Of a stretch of DNA of 64,000 bases, positions 29,491 through 44,715 are shown one piece after another (within the stretch, counting starts at the first letter, position 1; each line of letters opens with the position of its first letter). Source of the DNA: Chrysomallon squamiferum. Lineage: Eukaryota; Animalia; Mollusca. Location of the stretch: NCBI GenBank assembly GCA_012295275.1, contig CM022667.1:10850001-10914000 (forward strand), in the 5' to 3' direction. Under the pieces are notes generated by a model. The model was given only the letters and a program-made list of their open reading frames with translations, searched no databases and was not told the DNA's origin. The position numbers and the translations under genes were made by a program.

Positions 29491-30340
29491 CATAAAAGAA
29501 AATAATAAAAACAAAAATAGGTCCAAAAAAAATAAGCAAAGGAATAACACAGTTAAAAAAAAAAAAAAAGTATGGTTTGAAACCCCAGTGTTAAAAAAAC
29601 AACGAATGAATCTTAACGAGTGTGGCATTTTCTGCTGAAAATATGATTGTTTCAGTTTTCCCTGGCAATATGGGAGGTATCAGGACATAGTCAGAGACAT
29701 CAGTTAGAGCGGGGAGAATTTTTCAGCTGTCAGTTTGATCTGCGTAGTTTCATGTTAGGCATCACACCTGCAGAAACCTACACACTCGCTTACACAGCTC
29801 CTCAAGGTGGCGCTGTTTTTCTTCTCTCGTTTTCATTTCCCATCTTGTTTTCTCATCGTGCTGATTCGATCTGTCTCTTAACTTCCATTTATCTGTTCCG
29901 GTTACACACACGCTCTCTTTCTGTGTCATTTTGTTTCAGCGGTTTCTCTTTTAAACCTTTCTCTCCATCAGTCTTTGTTTCTCTGTCTCTTCCTTATTCT
30001 TTTTGTCTCTCACTCTCTGTCTGTTTTTTGTCTTTCTCTAATATTCTCTGTTTTATTTTCTGTCTATAACTTTCTAAATCTTTAATTTTTATTTTTTTTT
30101 CTCAAGTATTGTTCCTTAATATCTTTCTTAAATATTCACCTCCTTTCTTTTCTCATATTGCTACCTCACCCATCTTATGTTATACCTCCATTTCTCTCTC
30201 TCTTTCTTCCTTTCCCTTTTCTATCTCCCCCTCACTCCCTTACTTTCTCTCCATCCTGTCTTTCTTCATTTCTTTCTTACTCTCTCTAACACATTTTCTC
30301 TCTCTCACTCCCCTCCCTCCATCCCCTTCTTCTCCCCCTT

Positions 30341-30415
<75 letters not shown>

Positions 30416-30417
30416 AC

Positions 30418-30455
<38 letters not shown>

Positions 30456-32629
30456 ACTCATTCCTAGTTCTCCCAATGACATTCTTTCAATTTCTCCTGT
30501 CTGTTTTCCCATTTCTCATTTCGTGTTGTTTCGGGGATATCTGATGCTTCATTCAAAGATAGGCAAATCTGCCATCTATTTCCCCGATTACAGAAAGAAA
30601 ATAAATAGCTCGGCAGAGGGCTAAGAAATGAGTGTAGCGGAAATAATTTGAAGAGCTGTTTGTTACAGAGGTTTTTCGTGTGCTGCATTCAAAGTGGGCG
30701 AGATGGGAAAACAGAGAGGGAGGGACACCACTGGGTGGTGGAAAAGTAGAAGGTGTGTGTGTGTGTGAGCATGTCTGGGGAGGGGTTTGAGGGCAGAGGG
30801 TGTATGTATATCTTTATTAATCAGTGACCAAGTGTTAAATCTATCTATCTATATATATATATATATAATCTGTCTCTCTCTCTCTCTCTCTCTATGTATC
30901 TACCTATTTATCTAATGCATATATGTGTATACTTGTCTATCTTCTCTCAGTCTGTCTAATCTAATATCTATCTATCCATCTATATCTTATGTCTGTCTGT
31001 CTGTCTGTCTGTCTATCTAATCTACTAAATATCTATCTATTAATGCACCTGACCATGCATTTATCCATCTATCTAACTGATCTGTAAATGATTCAGAAGA
31101 GAAACAACAGGTCAGAAAAAACAACATTAATTAGCAGCAAGTAAGCTTTTATATTGCCTCCTCATAAACAGAATTACATGTACACTCTTGTTAGTAGCAC
31201 AAATAGTAGTAGTTGTAGTAGTGGTAGTAATAATAACAACAACAGTACATAATAATAAAAAAAAATTGTAATAGCAACAATAGCCATAGCAGCAGCAGCA
31301 ACAACAAAACCACCATAATAATAAGAAAACCAAAATGAGTTCTCTAACCACTGAACCACTGCAGATGTTATCTGCCTCTGTGCATTGTTTGTGTGTGTGT
31401 CTTGTGCAGAAGGTCATCTTTGCATCAAATTCTTAAACATTCACAGACCTTCAAGATGAGAAACAAGCAGTTATGATAAATATAACTGACATTTGATTTG
31501 GTATCAATTCATGCCGCTCTCTGATATTTGATTTAATATCACTCGGAATATGGCGGCATACATGCGGCATCATGTATTGCCCCAGCATCAGTTTGATTGT
31601 TTTGAGAAATTATTATTATTATTTTATTATTTTTTAAATTATTTTTGTTTTATTGAATTTTGTCAGTGTCGTTTATGTTATTTTGGAGATGAATTATTTT
31701 GGAGATGAATTGGTTTGTTGTTTTCATTTCTTGGAAGGAAAAGAAAGAAAATGATAAAAATAAAGAAAACAAATATACACACACAAAAATATATATTAAT
31801 ATTTTTACAGTATTTCTTTCATTCCTCCATTCATTCGTCCTTCTTTCCATCAATCCATCCATTTCATTCGTCATTTCTTTCCTCCTCCCATCCTTCCTTA
31901 ATCATCTTCTTTCCTCCTTCCATCTCTCTCATTCCTCCTGTTCTTTTTCTTCACCTTTCATAAAATTCTGATTTACTGAAAACACATGACACAGACACAA
32001 ATCACACACACACACACACACACAAACACAAATCACACATACACACACATTAATTCTGTTTAAAAATAAAATTTAAAAAAACATTCATATATATTTTCAT
32101 GACTCAATTGGTAATAATTTTCCTGCCAGGCAAGGCCTTGTGTGTGTATGTGTATGTGGGAGTTTTTTTCTTCTCAAAAACAAACCCACATGTCGGACAT
32201 ATTAAACATAATATAATGTATTAATCACCTCCTGTTATTCTAGCTAAAAAAGATATGAAAATGTGATTTCATATTTTTACTGCTCTCCATAATCATAAAC
32301 AGTGGGAGTGTTGAACAAACACTGGTGTGAGACCCACAGATGTGGAACACATGGAAGTGTTTGCTGTTAAAAATATCATATACAAAGTTAGCTGAGTTTC
32401 TCACAGGCCTGTTTATTCATAATCCCTGAAAAAACAGTGATTATTGGAAACATGCTCTGTGTATGTATAAGTTTCGATGGTTTTAAAAAGAATTACCCCG
32501 TTAGGCATGTTTGTTTGTACACATAGGTGCAGATGTGTGTGCGTGAGTATATAGACTTACTGCATGCAATATTATAAATGTACACAAAGGTGCACTCTGC
32601 CAGATGTGCATGTGCATAGGTAGACACAC

Positions 32630-32654
32630 ATACAAACATACTCAAATACATACA

Positions 32655-32696
<42 letters not shown>

Positions 32697-33040
32697 AATA
32701 CACATACATACATACATAAACCCATCCATACATACATACATCAATCCCATCTATACATACATACATACATACATAAACTCATCCATACATACATACATAC
32801 TAACATACATATGTACATATACATACATACATGCACATACATATACATACATATACACACACATACAAATACATACATTCATACACACACATTCATATAT
32901 ACATTCACACACACATATATACATACATACATACATACAAATATACATACATACATACATACATACTAACATACATACATGAACATACATATACATACAT
33001 GCATATACATATATATATACATTCATTCACATATTCATAA
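32630..33040. repeat. Compound (CA)n/(CATA)n microsatellite field
   Basis: Direct observation. Similar fields lie at about 2560-2870, 27534-27715, 28940-29260 and 47590-47770. Confidence 0.93.
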
Positions 33041-33770
33041 ATCATTCAGCTATCCATCCATCCATAGACATACATGCATTCAACCAAACAACAAACATAC
33101 AAATATATGTGTGCCATTTTATTATGTATTTTCTATTTACATAATCAAATGATAAATATGTATATGTATACACACACACACACTTACACAACATCCTTAC
33201 GCAGATGTGTACCTGTGTAATTAGATATAGATTCTGACAAAACCAGATGCATTCCCCTTCTGTTTCAAATCTCTAACAGGAATGTGTCTGGGAAATCGGC
33301 TACATCGCAAGATACATAATGTCTATGTTCACAAATCTCTCGATGCATTTTTTTTTTTTTTTTTTTGATGCCCGCTTGAAATACGAGTGACATTTAGCCT
33401 CCTGTTATCATTACCCTTGCACACCATCGGCAGCAGCACAGTCGACAACAGCTGTGTGGTTGGAGAGGTTGTCTCTCGTTTGACGGAGAAATGTTTTCAG
33501 AGGTGTTGCTACGACGTTGAAAAATTCTCGAAAATTTCGGCCATCTTAATATCAAACATGTTTGATTCATGTGTCAAAGTCTTCTGTGAGTGGGCAGGGG
33601 AAGAAAAGAATTAGCTGGGAAATAAGAGCCACATGAAGTTTGGTGCTCGTGTTCAAATGTTGGGAGTGAATGACAGCGAGGATGATGTTGTAGTCATTTC
33701 TGGTGAAACATCAGCATTGCGATATACTTTTGTGATCTTTATAACTTTGTATTTCTGACCACACACACAG

Positions 33771-33802
<32 letters not shown>

Positions 33803-35454
33803 ACACACAAAACAAAACAAAAGATGACTGCCTGCCTGCTGTTACAAATCTCCCATTTCTCTTAATTTTGTTCTGTTTTTGTTTTGTCTAATGTCGATGC
33901 GATTAGAAATAATATTTGGCTTGAAATGGGATGATACTCGATTCAAAACGAGTAAATGTTTTTGGTTGAAATTTGCGATGAGTTATCGAATTTAAAGAAT
34001 AAACAGTGCAGTTGGAATGGTGGTGGGGTTAGCAACAGTGAAAAAATATGTCTTCAAGAAGATTTGGGTTCCATGATCAGTTCCAACCACCCCCATCCCT
34101 GTCTAATTGGCATACTGAGATATTTCTAGTTCCAACCTGGGCTCCATTAGTGATGATTTAAGATTTTAGTTGAAATTAATCTTATATATACATATAAAAA
34201 AAATAATAATTAAATTGCAAATTTTGTTTGAAAGTAATATGGATCTTTTCCTATGAGTATTTCTGTCTTTTTCTCTCTCTCTCATTTTTATCTGTCTCTC
34301 AGTCTGTCTTTTTTTCTCTCCATCTTTCACTTGCTCTCTCTATCTTTAAATATTTGCATCTCTGCTTACACACACATCTTTAACATCATGTATTATTTTT
34401 ATAACGAGTTCTAAAAAGTAAATGTCACTAAATTTATAAAAGATTTAATAAAAAAAAAGAAACTGCTCAGATTTTTAGCTGAAATGTACACCAAGAAATT
34501 AACTCAAATAAAAATGACATTTGTTGTGCCTGGAATCACATTCTCGACTGTTATTTTTTTTTTCTTCATTCTAAAACAACTGATAGTTTGAAATTGATGC
34601 TCAGAGGCAGAAGAAATCTAAACATGTGTTGGGAAAGCAGTTTTTTGTGCAGGTGTGCTTATAAAATAAACCCTCTGACCACCCAGAAATGGCTGCACAG
34701 GTGTGAAATGTACGCACATTCATGTCATGTCGTTTGCACGTACACACACATAACTATGAAATGTGCGAGAAATTAAGAGGCAGGAAATTGTACATTTCCC
34801 CTGGCAGTTTTATTAAAAGTAATTTTTATTATTCTTTTTATTATTATTAATTTTCCTGTATATAAATACATTTAAAAAAAAAAAAATTCAGGGAGGAGAG
34901 AGGTTGGGGTGGGGATTTAAAATAATTCTTTCTTAGAGTGTTTTTTCATTATTATTATTTTTGTTTTTGATTATTGAAAAAGATTTAGGTATGTAATTTC
35001 AAAGATTTATATACATATTTATATGAGAGAAAGACAGAATTGAGAGAGAGAGAGAGAGAAATGGATGAGTGATACAGATGAGACAGAGAGACTAAAAAAA
35101 GGAGAAAAATGATGATGATGATGATGATGATGTTACATCCATTCAAATATCGAAAGCAGCTGTCAAACACATTCAACTGAAATCATTCTGACTATCAAAT
35201 TTACTTTTCAAACTTTATTACACCACATTAAAATTCCAAATCACTCAGATGTTGCATCTCTACCCCCCCTCGTAAAAGACATCTGTCCAAACATCACCCC
35301 CCACCATCTGCCCCCCCCCTCATTCCTGACACCCAAAATGGGCAGCTGGAAGCTCTTTCCCTATGTTATCAGTTGGAGTAATGATGATGATATAACACGA
35401 TGAAGATTTTGATTCTTTGGGAAATAAAAGGATGACATGAAGCAATTAAAAAGA

Positions 35455-35485
<31 letters not shown>

Positions 35486-35664
35486 GAATTAAGTAAGAGG
35501 ATCCATGCAGGGTATGTTTACTTTTTACTTGAACACTGGGTATGAAATTAAAAGCACACACACACACAGAAGGTGATGTCATTTGAACTGAAATTTGTAG
35601 CAGACTGGTTTTTGTGTTAAGTGAAGTAATTATAGCCTTTGTGTGGTCATGAAGATCTAATTTC

Positions 35665-35741
<77 letters not shown>

Positions 35742-37121
35742 TCCTTCTATTTCCTTCCATCAGCTTTTGTGAACTTTTATTTTATTGCACACAGCTAAAT
35801 TTTGTAAATTCTTGATATTAGTATTATCTTTTAATAAAATTGCCATAACAAGTTTGACAAAAACACACAGATGGTACTTTTAATAAGAAACAATTCTTTT
35901 GATATCTGTAATAGCACATAAGTTACAATTTCAGGCATGTTGTCTTTAATAATTTGACACTTTAGGTCATAATGAAGCCCTTTGCTTTGGTGGTTTTTGA
36001 AATGCCTTTATAATTCAGTGAAAATTTTGAAAATCTTTTTCTTTAAAATGTTGGTGCCTTAAATTTCTGAAATTCATCAATCTTTATGAAATTGAGATTC
36101 AGTACTGAAATTCAACATGATGCCTTTCATACAATGTGTCTACAAACACATTGTCTGCAGAATTAACTGAGGTACCTGCAACTGTCAGAATTTATCTGTT
36201 TTTCCATCCCTCCCATTCCCCCCATTCACACTATAATAGCACCTCCCCACAGAGTGGTAAATCTGAAAAACCTGTCAACATAAAGTCTGCACCTGACTGT
36301 TAATTGCTAAAAACACTGACACCGATGATGCAAAAGATGGTCAGCCAATCAGCTCCCCCAGGCCCCCCCAAACAACCCCCCCACGGTGGGAGATAGATCT
36401 GTTTTCATTTCTCAGCTGAAGTTATCAAAGAGTGACCATGTGTTTGTTTACAGACCACAGCACTTCCTCACACCCGTCACGTGAAATTAAATACTGAAGA
36501 GATTTTCTCAAGTCATTGTTCGTTAGATTAGGATTTTATAATTTTAGTGGTCATTGAATACTTTCACAGAATTTCTGAGATCTGGAGAAACTCTGTGAAT
36601 TTATAAAGTTTAAAAAAAAAAAAAAAAAAAAAAAAGCATATTGAAATATAATAATAATAATAAATTTTAGTATGAGTTAATGAACTGAGTAACTCGAGAT
36701 CTGTTTAAATTTTAGAAAATTGTATTCAGTAAATTTCATTTGGATTTATAAATTTAGTACTGAAAAATAAATTTGGTTTATATGAGTTTAATACATTTTT
36801 ATGGGTTAATTTAATATAATGAAAAAAAAAAAATAATAACACAACCCAGAAAATGAAATGAAGAAAAGATTACTGTTGTATTTTAATATATATGCATATA
36901 TATTTAAAGAAATAAAATTTGGTGCTTACTTTTATAACAGAAAAAAAAAAAAAAAAAAAAAATTTCATCAAAATAACAGTAATAATAATAATAATAATAA
37001 TAATAATATTCTGTTTCTTCCACAAACACCCCCCACCATAATTCAAGCAAAATCCACAAAATCCAAAAAATCCACCTTGTCTAAATATATTTCTAAATTT
37101 TTTTTTTATCTTTTAAAATTG

Positions 37122-37177
<56 letters not shown>

Positions 37178-37491
37178 ATTTTATAGAAACACAGATACTG
37201 AAAAAAACACCAAATATATGTATATATGTTATTATTTATTTTGTAAACATTGCCTTACAAATAAAACCATAAAACAGCATTTATTATAAACACTAAACTG
37301 AAACCTGATGTTCTGACAGCTGAAGTTGGTTAAAAAAAGGATCTAGCACACATTTCAGAATTTGATTTAAATGCAATAAAAATGAACGAGGGAATTTAAG
37401 AGTAGATTTGGGGGGGGGTGAAAAACTCACCTCCTTTTTATCTTTTTTAATCTAAATTACTTTATTTTTGTTTGTTTGTTTGTTTATTTGC

Positions 37492-37531
<40 letters not shown>

Positions 37532-38164
37532 TATTATTATTATTTATTTGGTAGTTATTCATTTATGTTTATTTATTTATTTATTCCAAAAGTAATAACT
37601 TTAAAATGAGCGAGTGCTTGAACATTCATTAGAATATAAATATTTTATGGTGAAAGATTAAATATCACACATAAATATAAAAATATATATATATTTCTTT
37701 TCTACGTGAAAACAAATTGCTGCCAAGAATTTTTTTTTTATATATATTTTTAATATGAAATAAAATCAATTTACTCTGTACATTTAGAAAAGTAGTTCAG
37801 CTTGTATCTATATCAATAAAATAATAACTAAATAAAAAGATATTTGTCCAGGGTATTAAAAAAAAAAACAGGTAGGGAACAAGGGAGGGGAGGGAAATAC
37901 AAGTTGAAGACTGAGATGGTTAGTTTTGGAAATGCTTCTTTGCAGTTATCAAACAATTTTGTTTATTTATTTATTATTATTATTTAATCTTCATGTTTAC
38001 ATAATTATTCCTACATTTGTCTGTTCATTCATTCATTCATTCATTCATTCATTCTTTGGCTCATTCATTGCTATCCTTTCTCCATCACAACATTCAAATT
38101 TGTCTAATACAGTTTCACCTTTGACACTGCAAGCACCAACTTTCCATCACATCTGCCTTGTATC

Positions 38165-38815
38165 CCCACCTTATCACTCCCATTCATCTGCTCTGGCATG
38201 CAAAGGGTTAACACGAACTACCTGTTTTCTCCCCTGAATTTAGCATCCTCAAAGAGACTCTTTATCTATTCTTTTTTTCCCCCCTTGCCCTTCATCTCTG
38301 ACCCACAAAGGGTTAACTAGTGCTACCCTCTCTGAAACTGCATCATTATTAATTCATAAAAAAAAAAAAATTACGTGACTACCTCATCAGTGAAGTTTTA
38401 TTATCAGTTTTGACTCTGACCCATAAAGGGTTAAGAAGTGTTATTCTCTTTTATCTTTTCAACATTTTTTTTTTTCCTTTTTTTATTTTTTATTTATTTT
38501 TTTTTTTGAAGCCATTTTTTTTTTTTTTTTTTTTTTTATTTCATAAGACATAACAACCTCATCAGGGAGTCATAACTGCACGTTAAAAATTTCGTCGTTG
38601 ACTTACAAAGGGTTAACAGGTTCTCTAACCTCTCAAAAACTACCTCATATTTTTAATTTTTGTAACAAGACAACAACACAACCTCATCACCGACAACCAA
38701 CACAAAAAAAAACCATCAACGATGTTGTTTAACCCACCCACAACAACCCTCCGTGGTTTTTTTTTTTTTTTTACCTTATCTCTCATCATGTAGAGGGTTT
38801 AACAAGTACTACCCC
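38165..38815. repeat. Degenerate repeat with recurring AAAGGGTTAA motif
   Basis: AAAGGGTTAA at 38202, 38307, 38425 and 38607, with a variant near 38792. The copies have similar flanks (ctctgacccaY and acctcatca). Confidence 0.75.
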
Positions 38816-39289
38816 CTTCCCTCCCCCTTCTCCTCCCCAAAACATCATGCCTCATTTCTTCTCACTTATATATATATATATATATATAAAAAAAGAAAAA
38901 AAACAGAAAAGAAAGAAGAACAAAATTTCAACTCTCCCTGGGTCATTCCTTTAGGTCCACACACACTCTTTAAATTGTTCACAGATGTGCAAAATATGAT
39001 TGTGGAAGATGGCAAGAATCTTTTGAAGTTATCATCGAAACTTAGTCAAAATGTCAGCTGGGGAGATAGTGCGAGCTTGGCATCAATTTGCCAGTGATTT
39101 ATGTCGTTTCACTATGTTAGTAATTGTCAGCGAAGTATTTCTTATTTTCCCCGTTTGGAAACATATTTCTGAACCTTTTTTTTTTTTTTTTAATTTATCT
39201 CTTTAACCCTTTTCAGCTTGCATAGCATTTTTTTGAGTAAATCTTAACAAATTATGTCAGTTGAAATTTTGTGTAAATTAAAAAGATGT

Positions 39290-39320
<31 letters not shown>

Positions 39321-39914
39321 GTTGTAATGTGTTTAGATCATTGTGGTTTTTTTTTTTTTCTTTCTTTCTGGTTCATTATTGTTCTTTTTTTTTTTTTTTT
39401 TATTTATTTATTTATTTATTTTTTAAATGGGGGTATAAATTTAAAAGTTAGGCTTTTTGATAAATTGAAAACTCATGTTTTAATTGGTTTCAGTTAAAGT
39501 TATAAGTTAGGCTGGATGTTTTTATTTGTTTGGGGTTTTTATGTAAACAAACAAAATCTACTGAAACGGTATTTAAAATTGTATTTAACTGCTGTGTTGA
39601 ATAAATATTTTATTTTATTTTTATTTATTTACATTTTTTTATTATTTCTTTTCTTTCTTTCTCTCTTACAGCTATTTCTGTTTTTGGTTAATTAAACACT
39701 TATGCAGATTTTTGGTCAGATGATTTCCAATTTTACAATTTAGTGCCTAGTGGTCAGAAAGTGGGAAGAATGGATGGAGCTGAAATTAATTAGTTTGATT
39801 AACAAATACAGAAAATCACAAATTTGTCAATTTCCAATCACAATTGCCATTTTCTTCCACTGTAATTATAACATATTTTACCATTAGTGTTTTTAAGGTG
39901 TTAATTTCACACAA

Positions 39915-40340
39915 TAATGTCAATTTCATTTCATTCTTAGACTTGATAATGTCAGTTTCATTTCATTCTTAGACTTGGTAATATCAATTTCATTTCAATC
40001 TTATACGTGGTAATGTCAATTTCATTTCAGACTTAGACTTGATGTTATTGTCAGTTTTCACAAACAGGGCAAATGTTAATTTCTCTTCATGATCTTTGGA
40101 CTTGTTGATGTCAATATCACCTAACAGTGCTAGACTTAATGTTGTCAATTTCATGTTAATGATAGTTTTGATAATGTCATTTTCACTTTATTGCAATAGA
40201 TTTCTCCTTTTTTTTTTTTTTTTTATTTCATTTTCACCATAATACTAGTCTTGGTATTGTCAATTTTGGCTTAATCACTGAATCAGAAGTGTCAATTTCA
40301 CTTTATGGTCATAGATTTTTAGCAATGTCAATTTCATGTG
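39915..40340. repeat. 32-bp minisatellite (TAATGTCAATTTCATTTCATTCTTAGACTTGA), four good copies then decaying
   Basis: Units at 39915, 39947, 39979 and 40011. The tgtcaatttca core recurs to about 40340. Confidence 0.85.
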
Positions 40341-41761
40341 ACATTTTAACGTATCATTTTGGCCGTCATTTGTTTTCCTCGTTCATTTCATGCAGTATAT
40401 GACATGATGAATTTCGCCAAATCGGGACATTGGAATTCTTCATTTCGCTGAGCATGATGGGAAGGGAGGGAAGAAGATTAGGCAATTGACATCAGGATTT
40501 TGCTCGCAAATACTTGTCGATGTGCGGCTAATATTTTATTTTGAAATTAACGTCGAAACAATGCGATGCTGGGGAAGAAAACGACATTTTTAACTCATAT
40601 GGTCTTGTCCGTTTATCGCGGCTTGGAAAATAATTAATTACTATTGATCAGTTAAGAAGTTAAGATTTAATTTTGTTTATTATTATTAATTTCTTTTCTT
40701 TAAAAAGAACAGTAATAAAAGAAAGGGTAATGATTGGATTTCATTCCGAAGTTTTAAGTAGTAAATCAAAAATTCATGGCCATATTTGAGAGGGCATTTG
40801 ATTCAGGAAGTCTTGAAATCTATTTCTATTTTTGTGATTTAATTTCTAATGAAACAAACAAGATTAATTATTATTATTATTATTATTATTATCATTTATT
40901 TATTTATTTTCCTTATAATATATTACAGTTTAGTTTGTACATAAAAAGGAAAAAAAAAATTCTTATATAAAATGATAACTAAGGCATATTAAGAAATTAT
41001 TCTTCAATTTAATTTTTTTATTGTTTTTCACTTTATTCTTTAAATAATAAATAAATAAATAAATAAATAAATAAATAGAATAATAATAGCAAAACAACAA
41101 CAACATTTACCAAATAGCAAACCCTGATAACTAAAACAATTTATTTCCACTTTTATTTATAATTAAAATGTTATGGATTCTAAAAATGCATCATACCTTA
41201 AATAATATTAGATTTAATGAAAAAAAAAAATATATATATATATTATTCTTTTTAACTGAAAAAATAATTAATGTTGCATACTAAACTATTGTAAATATTA
41301 CACAGTATTTTTTAAAATTTTATTTAAATATTGTTTCTATTAATTGAAGAATTTAATTATATTTTTTACAATTTAATTATTAAATGAAATCATTTTGCCA
41401 TTCACATTATGTTAACGAATACATATTAATTAAACAAACCCATCTACATTTCATAACTATCACATTAAATTAATACAGAACTGGATATCATTTTAATTAA
41501 TTCTAATTTTCAAGTAGTTAGCTGTGCTGTAATTCTGCAAAACATTTTTGTATTAAAATATAATTCTGAAATGTTTATTTTAGTTAATAATTATAATTAT
41601 GTACATTTGTTGTTTTTATTTCTGCTTATTAATATTATAGAAATGTTTTAAATGAAAATGATCATATTATCTTATTTTTATCATTATCATCATTTAATGA
41701 TAATCATTCATGTCAGCGTTTTTATTTCTTACGATGCTACAACAAAACAACAACTGCACTG

Positions 41762-41795
<34 letters not shown>

Positions 41796-41871
41796 AATTA
41801 CAGCTACCCCAATTATTCAACAGTGATGAAAATGATAAAAAAATATTACATCTATTCCAACAATTACCCTG

Positions 41872-41906
<35 letters not shown>

Positions 41907-43193
41907 CGGAAAGTTTAAATGTAAAATGTTCGACTCGGCCAGCCTGGAATTAATTGCGATGAAGTACAGAAATAATCTTGAGATTTCTTATTTCAGATGG
42001 TCGTGCGGCCATCGTTAGAATGTAATGTAGCTGTCTCTTACAATCAAAATAATAAACACTCAGACCTCATATCCCCTGCCAGCAAGCCCAATCTCTTTAA
42101 ATATTGCAAATAAAGCTGAGTAAATTGTTTCAGGACATCGTAAATCGGCCCAATTTACAGACCGAAGCACCTGCCAAAGTCGTACACACTTTATTTATAG
42201 TTCATCCCCTGTCTAAAATTAAATACTTTTGATAACCGAAGATTTCTCCATAGGGGAGATAAGTCTTATCTATTCTGCAGGCTTAAGACAATTGCAGGAA
42301 CCATGCTGCCAGCAATTAGGAGGGAGCCGATTTCACAAATTTAATCAGGGAAAAATATACGGTGTGGGGTTTCTCATGTGGTTCCGCGCGCGGGAAAGAA
42401 AAAAATATGGCCATTTTTTTTTTTTTTTTTAAATTGACAGCCCACCCACACACTGCGAGGTTAAATGGCGCCCTCCCCGAGCAACACTTAGAAGCGTGAT
42501 TAAGTGACATTTTTATCAAAAAATATACGAAATGGTTATACTTGTTGTTAGAGGGGTTTTTATTATTATTATTATTATTTATTTATGTATTTATTTATTT
42601 ATTTTCAGTTTTAAAGAGGAATTATTTACACTCCTCCCCCCATTAGCCCCCCGCACACACACACCCACCCCGCTTCCCGACTGCTGTCATGGCTGTTAAT
42701 GTTACAGTTGGGTATCGTGTTAAAGGAACAGTTAAAAAAAAAAAAAAAAAAAAAAAAGACAGTTAAACGAATGCGACATTTTAAGAACTTTTTCCACTTT
42801 CCTTCGGCAGTTTACAGTTTGTATATCTGCAATTTGTCAAGCCAGAAACATGAAGTAATGGGCTTTCACCGATTTTCTTTTTAGTTATTTTTGACAAGTG
42901 ATCTACCTCCCTGCCATGCATCCTATTTCTGTTTCTTTTTCTTTTCTTTTTTTAAAAAATATTTTCTCTCCCCCCCCGCCTTCAGTGCTTAATGGAACTA
43001 ATAATATTATGATGGTGTATTTTTCAACTCTGCAGACGTTTAAAGAAATAATTAATAGGGTTTGATTTCATTTTTCAAGTTTTTGTTTGTGAATTAGGCT
43101 TTTACATAAATGTGAATAGACATAACGTAGATATTAATGTACAAGGATATTTATACACACAGTTAATTGCATCATTAGATAAATGCTAATAAC

Positions 43194-43248
<55 letters not shown>

Positions 43249-43313
43249 GATGCTATTTCTTTATAAACACACACACATAAACTGTTACATTCCTTCATGA
43301 AAATAAACTTATG

Positions 43314-43352
<39 letters not shown>

Positions 43353-44626
43353 AAAAACGCAGAAAAATGTTTTTATGTTTACGACGTAAATATGAAAATG
43401 CATATACAAGTGCAGACAAACATAATCAGACAGACAGACGGACAGACAGACAGGAACAGACAGGCAGACACAGAATTGTATTACTTACATGTTTATGACA
43501 TTTGATGTTAATGACCCAGCCTATCTGATGAAGTGGAAAGAAAGACAAGTTTTAAAGAAGGAAAGTAACTTTCATCAAATTACTGAAATAATTTAATCAT
43601 TTGTCGAACGTTGCAGCTGCTGCTGCTTGTCAGGAAAACAACGTAGGGGGTACGGCAACCGCCGATGTTGATGACTGCGCAAATATCCATCGAATCATAT
43701 AAAGTTTCCATCTCACGATGAAGACGAACCGCGTTTTTATCTTCCGTTGAAAATCTGTTTTGTGTATTTTCCTCCATAATTGAAAGAGGCACTGGCTAAT
43801 TGGACCTTTTATTTTTACATTTATGTTATATTTTGGTAGTTTTATTTTAGTACAGACATTACTAAAGTTTTTGTGGTTTTTTTGTTGTTGTTTTTTTGTT
43901 TTGTTTTTTAAGTTTATTTGTTGGGACAGTAAAGAAAATTTTATGATGAAAATTGCTGGTTTTGTTCAGTTAATTCTATTTGTTTAATTTAAAGGATGCA
44001 AATATATATATATATATATATTTTTTTTAATATATATTTAATGTTTATTATAGGTATTTAGATTTTATTTTGGTTAGTTGTATATGTTATTTTATAGTTA
44101 TTTATCACTTTATTTTATTTAAATTGATTTCTGGCTTTTATTTCTTTCTTTGTTACTCCTTAACTTCTCTTTATTTTTGTATTTTTGTTACTTTAATATC
44201 TTATTCAGCTTTCTTCATTTGATTTATACTCATGTTTATTTTAAGATTAACTTTCTTAGTTTTTAATCATTTTTTGTGTTTCATTTTAGAATCTAATTTT
44301 AAAGTGATAAATAATTAAAAGGGATTTTTTTTTTTTTTTTTTTTTAATTTAAAAGCCAATTTTTCATCTATCTGCCCATCTCTCTCTCTCTCTGTTTTTT
44401 TTCTTAAAACTTGTCTTAAGTGTTTAATACATATTCATTTTTAGCCCACCAAGAAAGATTCTTTTTGTTTTTATTTTTTTTATTTTTCTTCTTTCTTCAA
44501 ACTTCATGATTGTTATTTGGAAAAGGTTATGCAAAAGTGTTAAATGGTTTTCATTTTATATTACCTTTGAATAATAGATCATGATTTGAAAAATGGGGTT
44601 GATAAAGTTGTGAACAGAGGATAGAA

Positions 44627-44715
<89 letters not shown>

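Noticed and set aside
43617-43703. Possible extra or poison exon after ttgcAG (AACQENNVGGTATADVDDCANIHRII*)
   Set aside because: There is no polypyrimidine tract, no homology to SALL motifs and no way to support it without transcripts.
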